A stretch of 64,000 nucleotides of DNA from Azolla caroliniana (GCA_043228905.1 JBHGNT010000021.1:8928001-8992000), one strand, 5' to 3'; counted from the first letter of the stretch, positions 47,101 to 60,300 are shown. The notes: generated by a model from the sequence alone, not told the origin. Made by a program: numbers and translations.

Positions 47101-48474
47101 GATGAAGGTAGTGACAGTACGAGAGCCGGAAACCTTTTCGGAAGCTGCAAAGGACCCACGATGGATCGAAGCAATGAACGAGGAGATGCAGGCACTACGG
47201 AAGAACGAGACGTGGGATCTCGTTCCCACCTCACCACACAAAAAGGCGATTGGATGCAGATGGATCTACAAGGTGAAGTATAACGCCGATGGCTCCATAA
47301 ACCGCTACAAAGCTCGACTCATAGTGAAAGGATACGCTCAGACGCATGGCGTCGACTACGCAGAGACCTTTGCCTCGGTGGCAAAGATGACGACGATGCG
47401 AACCGTAATTGCGATTGCCGCGGCGAAAGGGTGGCACCTCCATCAAATGGACATCAAGAACGCCTTTCTACAAGGCGAATTAGAAGAGGAGGTGTACATG
47501 ATCTAACCACCCGGTTTCAACTCGAGCACCCATCCGAAAGCTGTTTGCCAACTCAAGAAGCCACTCTACGGCCTCAAGCAAGCACCGCATGCTTGGCATT
47601 CGAAGATAACGCAATATCTTCATCAAATCGGCTTCCGTATGTCAAAATCGGACAACTCCCTCTACATACGAAGCGATTCCGCAAGTCCGATCGTCATCAT
47701 CTTATATCTGGATGACCTAGTCATTGGAGGTGAGCATCTCATCGAAATCAATAAAGTCAAATCCCTCCTTTCCAACAAGTTCGAGATGACGGACATGAAG
47801 GAGCTCCACTACTTCCTCGGCATCGAGGTAATTCGGACTCCGGCCGGAATCATGATCTCTCAACGGCACTACATCCTCAACTTGTTATACAAGTTCGGGA
47901 TGGCTGAGTGCAAATCCATGGCAACCCCGCTCGATCGTAATCTCAAACTAGATGCACACTCCGGCACCAAAGCGTGTGAGCCGACTCAGTATTGGCACCT
48001 CATCGGGAGTCTCATCTACCTCACGATCACATGACCCAATCTCAGTTATCCGGTCGGTCTCCTTAGGGAATTCATGCAAACACCGCGTGATACTCGCTTG
48101 GATTGCGCTAAGCGAGTTCTACGATATGTGAGTGGCACAATGGATTGTGGCATCCTCTACAAGACCGCGATGCCAATACGACTCGAGGGGTACACGGACA
48201 CCGATTGGGCCGGCTACAAAGCCGATAGATGATCAACCTCCGGATTTGTTTTCTCCCTCGGCAGCGGAGCAATATCCTGGAGTAGAAAGAAGCAACCTAC
48301 CATCGCTCTTTCGAGTATGGAGGCGGAATACAGGGGCGCAGCCGTAGCTGCGTGTGAAGCCGTATGGCTCAAGAGGATTTTGAAGGATCTGGGCGTACCC
48401 ATCAAGGATCCGACTTCCCTTTATTGTGACAACATCAGCAGTATCTATCTGGCTCGGAACTCTGTGTTCCACGC
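44183..48474 (+). mobile_element. Element H: decayed, truncated Ty1/copia of a different lineage
   Basis: LTR stub ending TTACA then PBS 44196-44207; KLDRNNFASWEYKM, CGYCGKLGHHEEEC, WFVDSGASNHM, VHSDVWGP, YLDD; cut within RNase H (..SVFHA) by the next insertion. Confidence 0.9.
45224..45362 (+). repeat. In-frame tandem repeat between gag and protease of element H
   Basis: YAHNSD(YED)RGGM unit x4. Confidence 0.85.
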
Positions 48475-49846
48475 TGTCGTGCCTTTTGGCGCCAGATCGT
48501 TTGTGTGAGTCGGTGGGAACCACTGGGGTTATGAACTAGGAAGAGGAAGAATTTGAGGCGATTTTAATTATGTATATATTATTAGAAGCTTGTGAATCCC
48601 ACAAGTAGAGTTGTTTTAGTTTGTCTTAATCATAGTAATAAATTGAAATAGTTTAGAATAGTTTAGAGTAGAAATAGAAAAGAGATCAAACCTTGTGAAT
48701 CCCACAAGTATTACATTAATCAATATTTATGTAAGAATATGAATTTAGATTGAAAGAGATAGATTATATAAAACTTCGTGAATCCCACGATTATATTAAT
48801 TGGTGTTTTAGGAAATATATCCAATTTCCCAAATATTTTTCACACACCCATTACATTGTGCTCCTCATCCTTATATAGAGATGAGAGAGTCTTTTCTAAC
48901 CCATGCATTTTCTCTAATTATAGACTCCGTGCTTTTCCTATAGATAGACTATATGCTTTATCTAAAGTGATTATGCTTTTTCTAACTTGTGCGTTTTTTT
49001 ATCAACTATAGCGTTCATGCACGCTAGATGTGCATGCGTAGCTTTTTCTTTTAGCATGCGTTTTTCTTTTAACTAAAGTTTATCCTACGTGAACTTACCT
49101 TTTTTTATGTGGGACATCAACTTTTTAACACGAATGAAATGCTAGTGTAATGGTAAGACATTACATTATTAACATGGAGGTGCAAGGTTTGAATCTTGCC
49201 CTATGCATGTTATATATATTTTAATATTTTCTACTATTTATTCATATTTATTAAACCGGTACTTTATAAGTTTTTCACGTAGTGTACAAAATACACTGTG
49301 ACACTCGCCCCCTCCGAACCCGCACATCCTCCGGTATATGCCGAAGTTGTCGGTGATTGTTAGTCTCGTCTGTTTGTTCTCCGCATGGTTGGTTTTGTCG
49401 CCGGTCATTTTTGGTTGCCGGCTCCGATCAGTTTCCGGTTCAGTTCGGTTGCCGGCTCTATCCGGTCTCTGGTTACCGGCCCTCGTAATTCTTCGTTACT
49501 TGTTCTACCCTCCGTTTCTCTCGCTATGTCAGCTTTGTTTCTCCATTTTGAGCACATCCATTCTTTCCACCCGAACCATTGTCGCCATCCGATCCACCAT
49601 AGTCTTCGTTCATTCTTTGCATTGCCATGAGTGGTTGTCATGGTCCCTTGTGGTCCTCTTGAGCATCTCGGCGTGTTGTCTCTCTCTGCTCCGCGCTTGT
49701 CTTCCGTAGGTTCTAACGCGTCGATGTCAACCTTCGAATATGCGCTCGTTGTTAGGTCCTTGTGTGGCTTTAATGCATGTTTCATTTCTCGTTGTTGCGC
49801 ATGCGTCGTATTACGCCGTAGCGCATGCTTCGCATTCCATCGTAGT
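48475..49846 (-). mobile_element. Truncated A-family element: 3' LTR (48475-49303), PPT and ORF tail
   Basis: Reverse complement of the A LTR (diverged); PPT 49304-49315; ORF 49405-49785 has LWWIGWRQWFGWKEW; flank ACGC at 48471-48474. Confidence 0.9.
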
Positions 49847-51061
49847 GCAATTTCGTTTTGGCCTAGGATATTCCCTAGGATGACCAGGCACTAATGGAGC
49901 AATTTCGTTTTGGCCTACGTAATGATGTTAAAGATTTACTCTTAACTTTCCCTGAGGAGCCAAAGTCATTGACAAAAGCAATTAGTGGTGCGGTGCGATG
50001 CGATAATCGCCTCTCCGAACGACGTTCGGAACGTCAGTTCCAAATGCCAATGACAAGATCGGAGCTGACCTACGCTTTAATCGTAGCAAAGCCTTTCCCA
50101 AGGGAGTAATTCAATACGTCTCCAACAAATACTCTGACTCCAATGGAAATCGACACCACATGTCGTCACGGACCACTATCAGAAGAAGAAAAGCAGCGAC
50201 GCGGAGCAAAATCGATTATGCCTTTATTGTGGTGGACCAGGGCATATTGCAATGAATTGCCCCCATTGGCTGAAAAGGCAGGTAAATCAAATAACCAGTA
50301 GTACTAATAGTACTAAACTGAGTCTATTTCTCTAGGTGTGTCTGATAGTCCTAATAGCCCAAGACTTTCAAACAAATTTGAAATCCTTAGTCAACCACAA
50401 GAAGAGTTAAACAATTAAGTCCAGCCAAAATAGGAGTCGTTTGGTTGGATAGCCCTAGATCTGTGCAACCCATTAGTGGTTCCATTTCCTCTAAGCAAGT
50501 TAGCAATGTGTTCTTAGCTCAAGTAATGGTTAGTACTAAAAGTACTCCTCCAGTACATGTCTTAGCACTCTTAGATTTTGGAGCCAACTCTTGCTTCATG
50601 GATAGGAATTTTGTCCAAGCTCATCAAATATCCCTAAACAAAGTCACATGTCCAGCCTCTGTAGTAGTCATTGATGGTCGTCCTATTGCTTTTGGAAATA
50701 TTATAGAAGAGTCAAAACCCGTTAATATTGTCCTAGATAACTTAGAATGTGTAGTATCATTTAATATAATTCGTATCCCAGAACATCCCATAGATTTTGG
50801 GATTACCATGGTTCGAATTACATAACCCAACGATAGATTTGAGAACAAGAGAAATACGGTGTCGACAAACCCAAGGATCTACTCATAAGATTGCAACCAT
50901 TTCGCTACATCAGTTGCGTGAGGATGGATGCAAGGAAGAAATGTTTCCCTTCACAATATCAGTAAACCCCTCCAACATCAATAAAGAGGAGTCCACCATT
51001 CAACTTCCAGAGAAGTATCGTCATTATGCCGATGTGTTTGATAAAGTACGAGCCAGTACGC

Positions 51062-54000
51062 TGTCGCGAAAATACGACGAGGATACGTGAACTTGAGGCA
51101 GGACCCCGGGGCCTCCGACCAGAGAATATCAAATTCGTGTGTTTATGTACTAAGAATTAACCGAAATAAGAAAGATTGACAAATTTCATTAACAAATAGA
51201 AAGAAAGATTACAATTAATCCCAATCTCTCAAGTTCACGTATCCTCGTCATATTTTCGCGACATCTTTGGTGAACCCGACGTGAAATGAGGCGGCAGGAG
51301 GATATTTCATGGAGATATATAAATACAAAGAGCCGAAGAGATGCAGCCTATACGAGTTCGACTAATGGGTATCATCATTAAAGACCCACCAAAGTGCCAT
51401 GCATGCTTTCGTTGAGTTCGAGTGTCGCTTTGCACAACTCTCGGAGCGGGATCAAAGATTGGTGGGGGTGGAAAAATTCCTAATGTTTGTGAAGTCAATC
51501 GATCAGAAGGAAAGGAAGGCCATTGGAATCCGACTTGAGGATGATGATGGTGCAAATGGCCTCACCGAGGATTGGATGAAAGTGGAAAGAGTATGTCAAC
51601 TGAACGATAAGAGGAAGACAAGATTCTCATCGGCAACAACACAACCCATGATAGATGGTGAAAGGAGGATGGGAAGCAACTACAAACTACCACCTAAAGA
51701 AGAGAGCTTGAAAAGGGAAGGTTCGATGGTACTCGACATAGAGGCCTTCATAAACGAGGCATATGAGAATTTAAAGGTGCAAGTTGAGGCCAAAGAGAAT
51801 CTTATAATGGAACCAAAACCGATTAAAATGGTTATCAAGGAAGAAGAGACCTCCCAACAAAGGTGGAGTAATGATACGGCCAATACGAAGGCCCAAGTTC
51901 GGTACGACAACACCACGGAAGAAGGTGTGGAATAAGACACCTTCTCGTCTTGCAAAGAAACTATGATGAAGAATGAAACCAATGAATCGAGGGTGGCGAA
52001 TGCCACTTCAAGTGAGGACAAATGTTTCGGAACACGCATCGTGTCTGAAACATCAAGTGATGAAGGTGCAAGCATGAGCAAAGCTTGCATGATCAAGGGA
52101 GATAAAAAGTGTGAGGCCGACATGATTGAGGAGATAGCCACAAAAAATGACATCGAGTCAGAGGTGGCTATGGACGAGTCAATGGCGGATGGCCGTTTCG
52201 AGACTTTCTCCACACTTGTTCTAGAGACTTGGGCAGATGCGTTAGAAAACAAATGTGAGACCCAAGAGACAGAAGGTGGCGGCGAGGAAGTGGAGGCCGA
52301 AGCTAACACATGCGAAGAAGAAAGAGACGTCAAGGCGAAGCGGGTAGACAACGATCATGAAGAGACTTTCCCCACAAAAGTTCTTGAGACTTGGGCATTA
52401 ACTGATGTAAGACCCAAGAGACAGAAGGTGGTGGAAAAAAGACAAAGATCAAAGCCAAGCAAACAACCACAAGGTGGAAGTGGCTAAAGGTAGCACGACA
52501 AAGGCAATGCCAAACAACAAAATTCCTCCACACTCGTTTGAGAGACTTGAGCAGTAATTGATGTAAGACCCAAGCAAAGGACGGTGGCGGCGAGGAAGCA
52601 AGGGTTAAAGCCAATGTGCGTAACAAGGATGTAAAGCAAAGCAAAATGACGAAAGTCCATGCGTGCGACAAAGAGGTCAAGCAAAGCACGAAGACAAAAG
52701 CTAATGTGTGTGACAAAGAGACCAAGCAAACCTCAAAAAGCAAAGATATGGACCAAGTGGGCCAAGCGGATATGAAAGATGTGATCACAAAATCTAACAA
52801 GGATAATACTAGTGTAGAAGTCATAGTCAACTCCAAGACGAGAGTATACCACAAAAGTGGACAAAGTGGGAAGCATGCGATGTGGTCACTTAAGGACCTA
52901 GAGGAGAGCATGCCGCTAAAGAACAAATCGTTAAGAGTACTCAAGAATACTATTTCGATAAGGCCTTTGAAAGGCATGCATGGAACAAGAAAGAATGATA
53001 AAAGAAAATTAGATGACCAAGGAGATGGCCGAGATGAAGGTGGCACATGCATAAGGAGTGAAGCATTATGCTCTAGAGGAGCAAAGAGAGCCATGACAAT
53101 TGGTCATGGAAATGCAAAGAGTGGATGAAGAATATGGTGGATTTGATGCCAATGGCAATTCGAGTACATCGATGGAAAAGTATAGTAAACAAAAGTGGAG
53201 CCTCACTGAAATTGGCACATATCGGTGGATGTGCAGGTTTGGTGGGAGCGAATGTCGTGTGAATCTTCACACACTATGTAAAAAAATAATGAAATAATTA
53301 TTTTAGATCAGATTATTAGCTTGTTATAGAAAGATGGATGTACTCAAGAACTTCAAAACGCATTTTACTACATACAAAATGGACAACTACATATCAAGTT
53401 ATGAGAACATGAAGTTTGAGAAGATAGAGAAAATAGAACTATGATTTATCCCACATAGATAGGAAACTTAAGGCCCTAGCTATATAAGCACATTGAGATC
53501 CCTCACTTTTCATTTGTGCCAAGAGCACTTTGGCCACTTTGTCTAGATGGATGAATGTGCCCAAGTTACCAAAAAAGCAAACCAGAACCGGCCGGTAATC
53601 AAATCGAAACTTGCGAAACTGGCAATCGGATGGAGTCAGAAACCAGGTAGATCCGGCAATCGGAAATCGGTGACCGGACGGAACCGACGACTGGACGAGG
53701 TTGGATGCGGACTAGATGGACCGGATGGGCGATGATCGAGACGGACGGATTGGATGGGCGACGATCGAGACAGACGGATGATATGATCATGTGGCAAATT
53801 AAAGTAAAGTAAAAGAGACTAAAGTAAAGGCCACGTGGATGCATGCAACTAAAGTTGGAGGGCATGCATAAAGTAAAGATCATATGGAAGGCATGAAAAG
53901 AAAAAGTGGAGAGATTATGCAACTAAAGTAAAAACGCCATGTGGAATGCATGCAAAGGGATAGGAGATGTAAACTGAAGTTCCTTCATGCAAGTGTATGG

Positions 54001-55506
54001 GTGAGAGACAAAAAGGAAGAATCCGAATTTTCTTAGGGGACCTATCACTCATAATTCCAAAATTTCCATATGGAAGTTATTCAACTCATAAACCATAATC
54101 TCTTATCAAAGCCAAAAAACCCTAATTTTCTTTTGAATCCATATCTCAAATTCTTCTAATCTATTATTCTAGTAATCTCCATAAGCTAAAACTTTTGTAA
54201 TCCCAATCTTGGGATTGATTGTAATCTTTCTTTTCCTTTGTTAATGAAATTTGTCAATCTTTCTTATTTCGGTTAATTCTTAGTACATAAACACACGAAT
54301 TTGATATTCTCTGGTCGGAGGCCCCGGGGTCCTGCCTCAAGTTCACGTATCCTTGTCGTATTTTAGCAATATCTTTTAATACGACGAGGATACGTGAACT
54401 TGAGGCAGGACCCCGGGGCCTCCGACCAGAGAATATCAAATTCGTGTGTTTATGTACTAAGAATTAACCGAAATAAAAAAGATTGACAAATTTCATTAAT
54501 AAATAGAAAGAAAGATTACAATTAATCCCAAGATTGGGATTAGAAAAAGTTTAGCTAATGAAGATTGCTAGAGTAATAGATTAGAAGAATTTGAGATATG
54601 GATTCAAAAGAAAATTAGGGTTTTTTGGCTTTGATAAGAGATTATAGTTTATGAGTTGAATAACTTCCGTATGGAAAATTTGGAATTATGAGTGATAGAT
54701 CCCCTAAGAAAATTTGAATTCTTCCTTTTTGTCTCTCACCCATACACTTGCATGAAGGAACTTCAGTTTGCATCTCCCCATCCCTTTGCATGCGTTCCAC
54801 ATGGCGTTTTTACTTTAGTTGCATGATCTCTCCACTTTTTCTTTTCATGCCTTCCATATGATCTTTACTTTATGCATGCCTTCCAACTTTAGTTGCATGC
54901 GTCCACATGGCCTTTACTTTAGTCTCTTTTACTTTAATTTGTCACATGATCCTATCATCCGTCCATCTCGATCGTCGCCCATCCAATCCGTCTGTCTCGA
55001 TCACCGCCCATCCAATCCGCGTCCAACCTTGTTCGATCGCCGGTTCCACCTGATCACCGATTCCGTAAAGTCATCGGTTGCCGGATTCACCCAATTTCCA
55101 ACTCCATCCGATTGTTGGTTTCACCAGTTCTGATTTGATTACCAACCGGTTCCGGTTTAGTTTCCGACCGGTTCCGGTTTGGTTTTTTGGTAAGTTGGCC
55201 ACATTCATCCATCTAGACAAAGTGGCTAAAGTGCTCTTGGCACAAATGAAAAATGAGGGATCTCAATGTGCTTATATAGCTAGGGCCTTAAGTTTCCTAT
55301 CTATGTGGGATAAATCATAGTTCTATTTTCTCTTTCTTCTCAAACTTCATGTTCTCATAACTTGATATGTAGTTGTCCATTTTGTATGTAGTAAAATGCG
55401 TTTTGAAGTTCTTGAGTACATCCATCTTTCTATAATAAGCTACTAATCTAATCTACAATAATTATTTCATTATTTTTTTACACAGTGTGTGAAGATTCAC
55501 ACGACA
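51062..55506. mobile_element. Element I: rearranged gag-only element of the Trp-primed lineage
   Basis: Outer termini belong to a minus-strand LTR with TSD ACGC (51058-51061, 55507-55510); inside, plus-strand U5 stub (~51229-51263), PBS 51268, decayed A-like ORF, PPT and LTR 53253-54371. Confidence 0.88.
53253..55506. repeat. Long inverted repeat, arms 53253-54362 and 54378-55506, 15-bp spacer
   Basis: TGTCGTGTGAATCTTCACACACT.. versus ..AGTGTGTGAAGATTCACACGACA; the arms align throughout with substitutions and indels. Confidence 0.95.
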
Positions 55507-56377
55507 ACGCTTCCTCACCATCGATCGTATGATTGCCCCATCGATTTACAACTAGGAAAAGAGACACCATGGGGAACGATCTACAATTTGTCACTAACCG
55601 AGCTAGAAGTCCTTGGAGCCTATATAGAGGAGAATTTGGCAAATGGTTTCATTCGACATTCGAAATCTCTAGCCGACGCACCCATTTTCTTCGTCAAGAA
55701 AAAGGATGGATCACTTCATCTTGTTGTAGATTACCGCGGATTGAATAAAGTAACCATCAGGAATAGGTATGCACTTCCCCTTATCTCAAGTCTTTTAGAA
55801 CGGATCAATGGTGCAAGGTTCTTCACAAAGATCAACTTACAAGGAGCATATAACCTCGTATGGATCCAACCAAGATATGAATGGAAGACTACGTTTCGCA
55901 CCAGATATGGGCACTTCGAGTATACGGTCAAGCCATTCGGCTTCACTGATGCGCCATCAGTCTTCCAACACATGTTAAATGATATATTTTGAGATCTCTT
56001 GGATGATTTTTTAATCATCTATTTGGATGATGTGCTAGTTTATTCGAAGACCCAAGAGGAGCATGATTCTCATGTACTGTTAGTACTAAAATGACTTCGA
56101 GAACATGGTCTTTATGCAAAGCTGGAAAAATGTAGTTTCAGGTGCAACTACGTAGAATTTTTGGGCTATTTCATTTCCTCAGAAGGTATCTCCATGGATC
56201 CAGCTAAGGTCAAAATGGTGGTAGAGTGGCAGACTCCGCGTTCGTTGCGAGATGTGCAATGTTTTGTAGGCTTTGTCAATTTTCACCGCAAGTTCATATA
56301 GGATTACTCAAAGCTTGTTCTACCTCTCACACAACTTACCAGGAAGGGACAATCATTCGTTTGGTCTAAAGAAATGG

Positions 56378-57387
56378 ACAAGAGCCCCCGAGCGATCAAA
56401 GCACATCTCGGCCGAGTCCGAAGATGGACAAAGGGAAGGCAAATATGCCAAAGTATGAAGACGATCACTTCGATGGCAATGAATCAACTCACTCCGTCGA
56501 TAGCGAGTTTGAAGGCCTTGAGATCCGGACAAATGGAGCGGAGAACGCCGTAGTATCCGCAAACAAGAAGCTCCGTCGATCCACCCGTGAAAAGAACCCC
56601 GTAAGCCAATTCAACTACAACGATTATATGGCGTACCATTACGCTTTTATGATGAAGGTGGCAACAGTACGGGAGCCAGAAACCTTTTCCGAAGCCACGA
56701 TGGATCGAAGCAATGAACGAGGAGATGCGTGCATTACACAAGAACGAGACATGGGATTTCGTTCCCCACTCACCGCATAGGAAGGCAATCGGATGTAGAT
56801 GGATCTACAAGGTGAAGTATAATGCTAACAACTCCATCAACCGCTACAAAGCTCGACTCGTACCGAAAGGATACGCACAAACACATGGCATCGACTACGA
56901 AGAGACCTTTGCCCTAGTAGCAAAGATGACGATGGTGTGGACCGTGATCGCACATGTAGCAGCAAAAGGGTGGCACCTCCATCAAATGGACGTCAAGAAC
57001 ACCTTTCTTCAAGGCGAATTAGACGAGGAGTTGTACATGGTACAACCACCCGGCTTCGAATTGAGCATTCATCCAAAAGCCGTATGCCAACTCAAGAAGC
57101 CTCTCTACAGCCTCAAGCAAGCACTGCGTGCTTGGCATTCGAAGATTACGCAATATCTTCTTGAAATCGGCTTTCAAATGTCGAAATTTGACAACTCCCT
57201 CTGCGTACGACATGACTCTAGAAGCTTAATTGTCACCATCCTATACGTGGATCATCTGGTCATTGGAGGTGAAATTCTTGTCGACATCAACAAGGTCAAG
57301 TCCCTCCTCTTCGGAAAATTTGAGATGACGGACATGAAGGAGATCCATTACTTCCTTAGCATCGAAGTAATTCGGATTCCGGCCTGC
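56378..57387 (+). mobile_element. Copia fragment (INT-RT linker and RT) of the element H family
   Basis: Paralogous to ~46832-47845 (MDKGKA..MAYHYAFMMKV..REPETF..KAIGCRWIYKVK). Confidence 0.9.
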
Positions 57388-60300
57388 TGTTACCGGCCGG
57401 CAAAGGAGTCCAGAGTGTGAAACAAAGGAGTTATTTAATTATTAAGGAATGGTTGTAAGTGAGCTATTAGTGTGGACGGACGGACCGGAATCAGTATGCC
57501 ATTCCGGATCCGGACCGATCCCGAACAAGTGCGGATGGCACCGTTTTGTACTACAAACCGGAAACCTATTTAAAGGCCCGGATACAATGTAATGTGGAGC
57601 GGATAATTAATGAAGCTTAGTGTTTTATCTCTCTGTGTTAATGGTCGTTCTGCATTCATTGTTATATCTTACGCGTGTGATTATTAAGGACGATCTTGCT
57701 AAGTAACCTAATTAAGTCGGATTAATCATTGAGCCTAATCCTCTTGTCGTAACACCCTTTGGTGAAGTGTCTTCCGTAGACACCCTGTGTTAGGCCATTG
57801 TCCGGCCCTAAGAGTTAACACAGTTTTTGGCGACCACGATTCCTGTTTTTGCAGCGAACGACGACATGAATGGATGACTAGATCAATGCACGACCTGGTT
57901 ACAGATCGAACTCGACGCCTTGCCAAAAGGCAAAGGAGACGTGAGGCTTTCCAACAAGCGGCGCAAGAAATTAGAGTGGATCGCTCGTTTTCCAACGTAA
58001 TCCGGAGAGTCGCGGAGGAGTCCTTCTGGTTACAGCAAACATCGCACCCGGACGACGGCAGCAGCCTAAGCAGCCTCCGGGAAACCGAATCCCTTCTCCA
58101 GGCATTGGCAAGCGGAGAAGGCGAAGCATAAGCCTTTTCAGCGTATGAATCGGATTCCGAAGGGGGATACAACGTGCACACGAACTACCGTAGGACGAAA
58201 GATCAGACACCTTACCGACACCGGAAGTCGAGGAGGAGAGGCCTCCGTCACCAAAAGAAGAGGAAAGACCACCGACGCCGGAGACAAATCAGGAACGACC
58301 ACCGACGCCGGAGAAAAACCAAGAACGACCACCAACACCACCAGCCCGCGCACCGATACCGGACGACGACATGTCGTTCCAGTACTCCAAGTATAGAGAT
58401 TATCCGGACACGGAAGCTCATGTTCACGCCTTTGAACAGACATGGGAAGCAAACCATGTGTCCCAACGATTGACCCCGGAGGAAGAGGAACGCTCTAAGA
58501 TAGTGGAATTTGGCATGACATTGGAGGGACCGACAGCAAGATGGCAATAGACGCAGGACCCGTCTACCATCACCACCTTTGCAGATTTTAAAGCTAAATT
58601 CTTGCATTTTTTCCACAACGAGGTGGACTAGACAGTAATGGTGGGCTTGTTTTATACCATCCGACAGGAGGCAGGGGAGAGCATTCCCTAGTTTTTCATC
58701 CGGTTTCAACGGATGCATAGTCAGCTTGCCCGCGCACCCCCGGAGGAGGAATTACGGACTATATTCCTAAATGCGCTCCAAGAACCCCTACGCACGGTTT
58801 GCACGGTAATTGACTTCCGCGCAAATACCATCGACCAGGTCATTGACCGGGTGAGAGAGTTGGAAAAGACAAGCTCCTGGCTCACACTGGGAGCACTCCA
58901 ACAGGCGTTACCGTCCGATGAAGACCTCCGATTTCGGCAAGCAATACAGTGCACAACCTGCTTGAATTCCGGACACTCGGCACTAGAATGCACTATGAGG
59001 ACGCAATGTGTAATCTGTCAATCCAAGGGCCATACGACGGATAGGTGCGAGTATAATCTATTGAACCGGCAAGCACTGCCCGTCCGACAAATAGAGCCAC
59101 GCAACAGCTGGGGTGAAGAAGAGGAACGCTGGCGGTGAATGGACCGCGACCGACCGGCACAAGATGTCCGGTATGGCGATCAACGGGAGAATGATGTCTA
59201 GTACGGCGATCGGCGGGATAACTACGACCGGTACGATAGATATGATCGGTACCGGGATTACAATAGACGATACGAACATTACGACCGGGAGCACTCCCCC
59301 GGGTATCGTCAGCAGCGGGAGGAATACGGCAGATATAACGACCAACCTCGTCAAGAGTACCACAATAAGAAGAACTATAACAAAAAACGGCATTTCAAAA
59401 AAGGCGGCCACCCACGGGATCCGGAACAAGGAGCTTCAAGCAGCCAACCGGCCCAAAACCCCGCGCTTACCACAGGACCTGCCCTGGGTACAACAAACAA
59501 TGCCGAATCCAGCAATACCCAATAAGCCTACTGCTACTACTGCCGACAGGAAGGCCATTATAGTAATCAATGCCCGACGAAGAGCTATGACAAACGACTG
59601 GCAGTAAATATGGTAGTCCCTGAAGTGGCAGATCTGCAGCAGGTGACCACAAGGTCAAAGGGCATGGCCAAGGAATGGGAGACGCAGGAGACCATCCGGA
59701 AGCAAGCGATGGAATGGGTGAAGAAAGCAAACGAGCAAAACGTAATAGACTTAGAGCGGCAAAAGGAGAACACCGTAGGGCTTGCCGGCGGCAGTCACTC
59801 TGAGAATGAGACATGGCAAGCGTTGCAAGAATGCCAGATTACGCTGCCACTAGGAAGACTCCTACAGCTCGTGCCGAGATTCACGAAAGGACTGAAGACA
59901 GCCATGACGGAAGGAGAATCATCACCGGCACCGGTACTCTTCTCGAATCCGGAGGAGGGACCAACGGTGGTGGACACCAACTGTCCGGTAATTACTGCCA
60001 TTGTATAAGGGAAAGACCTCCCCGGCACAGTAATACACGAAGGCTCCGGTGTGAATGTAATAAGCCTCCGGACGTGTGATGCCCTGGGAATTCACGAGTG
60101 GGAGCCGCGTCCGTTCTGGTTACGGATGGCCGATACAAGCTCAGTGCAGCCGACATGATTAATACGAAACTTAGAAGTCACCGTTGACGGTCATATATTT
60201 CACATCTCGGCAATAGTGCTACAATTACAGGCACAAGGCGCGTACCCACTATTGTTGGGGCGGCCGTGGTTGAAAACGACACATATCAAACAGAATTGGA

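Larger units (their letters stand above)
49876..56375 (+). mobile_element. Tcn1-like chromovirus fragment (gag end, PR, RT), interrupted by element I
   Basis: DDQALMEQFRFGLRNDVKD, PMEID, CLYCGGPGHIAMNC, LLDFGANSCFM; FDKVRASTL|PHHRSYDCPIDL in frame across the insertion; VKKKDGSL, YLDD. The lineage call is by resemblance only. Confidence 0.8.

Noticed and set aside
50400-50420. Slippery site G_TTA_AAC at the gag end of the Tcn1-like fragment
   Set aside because: The element is too decayed to establish the original frames; it needs a family consensus.
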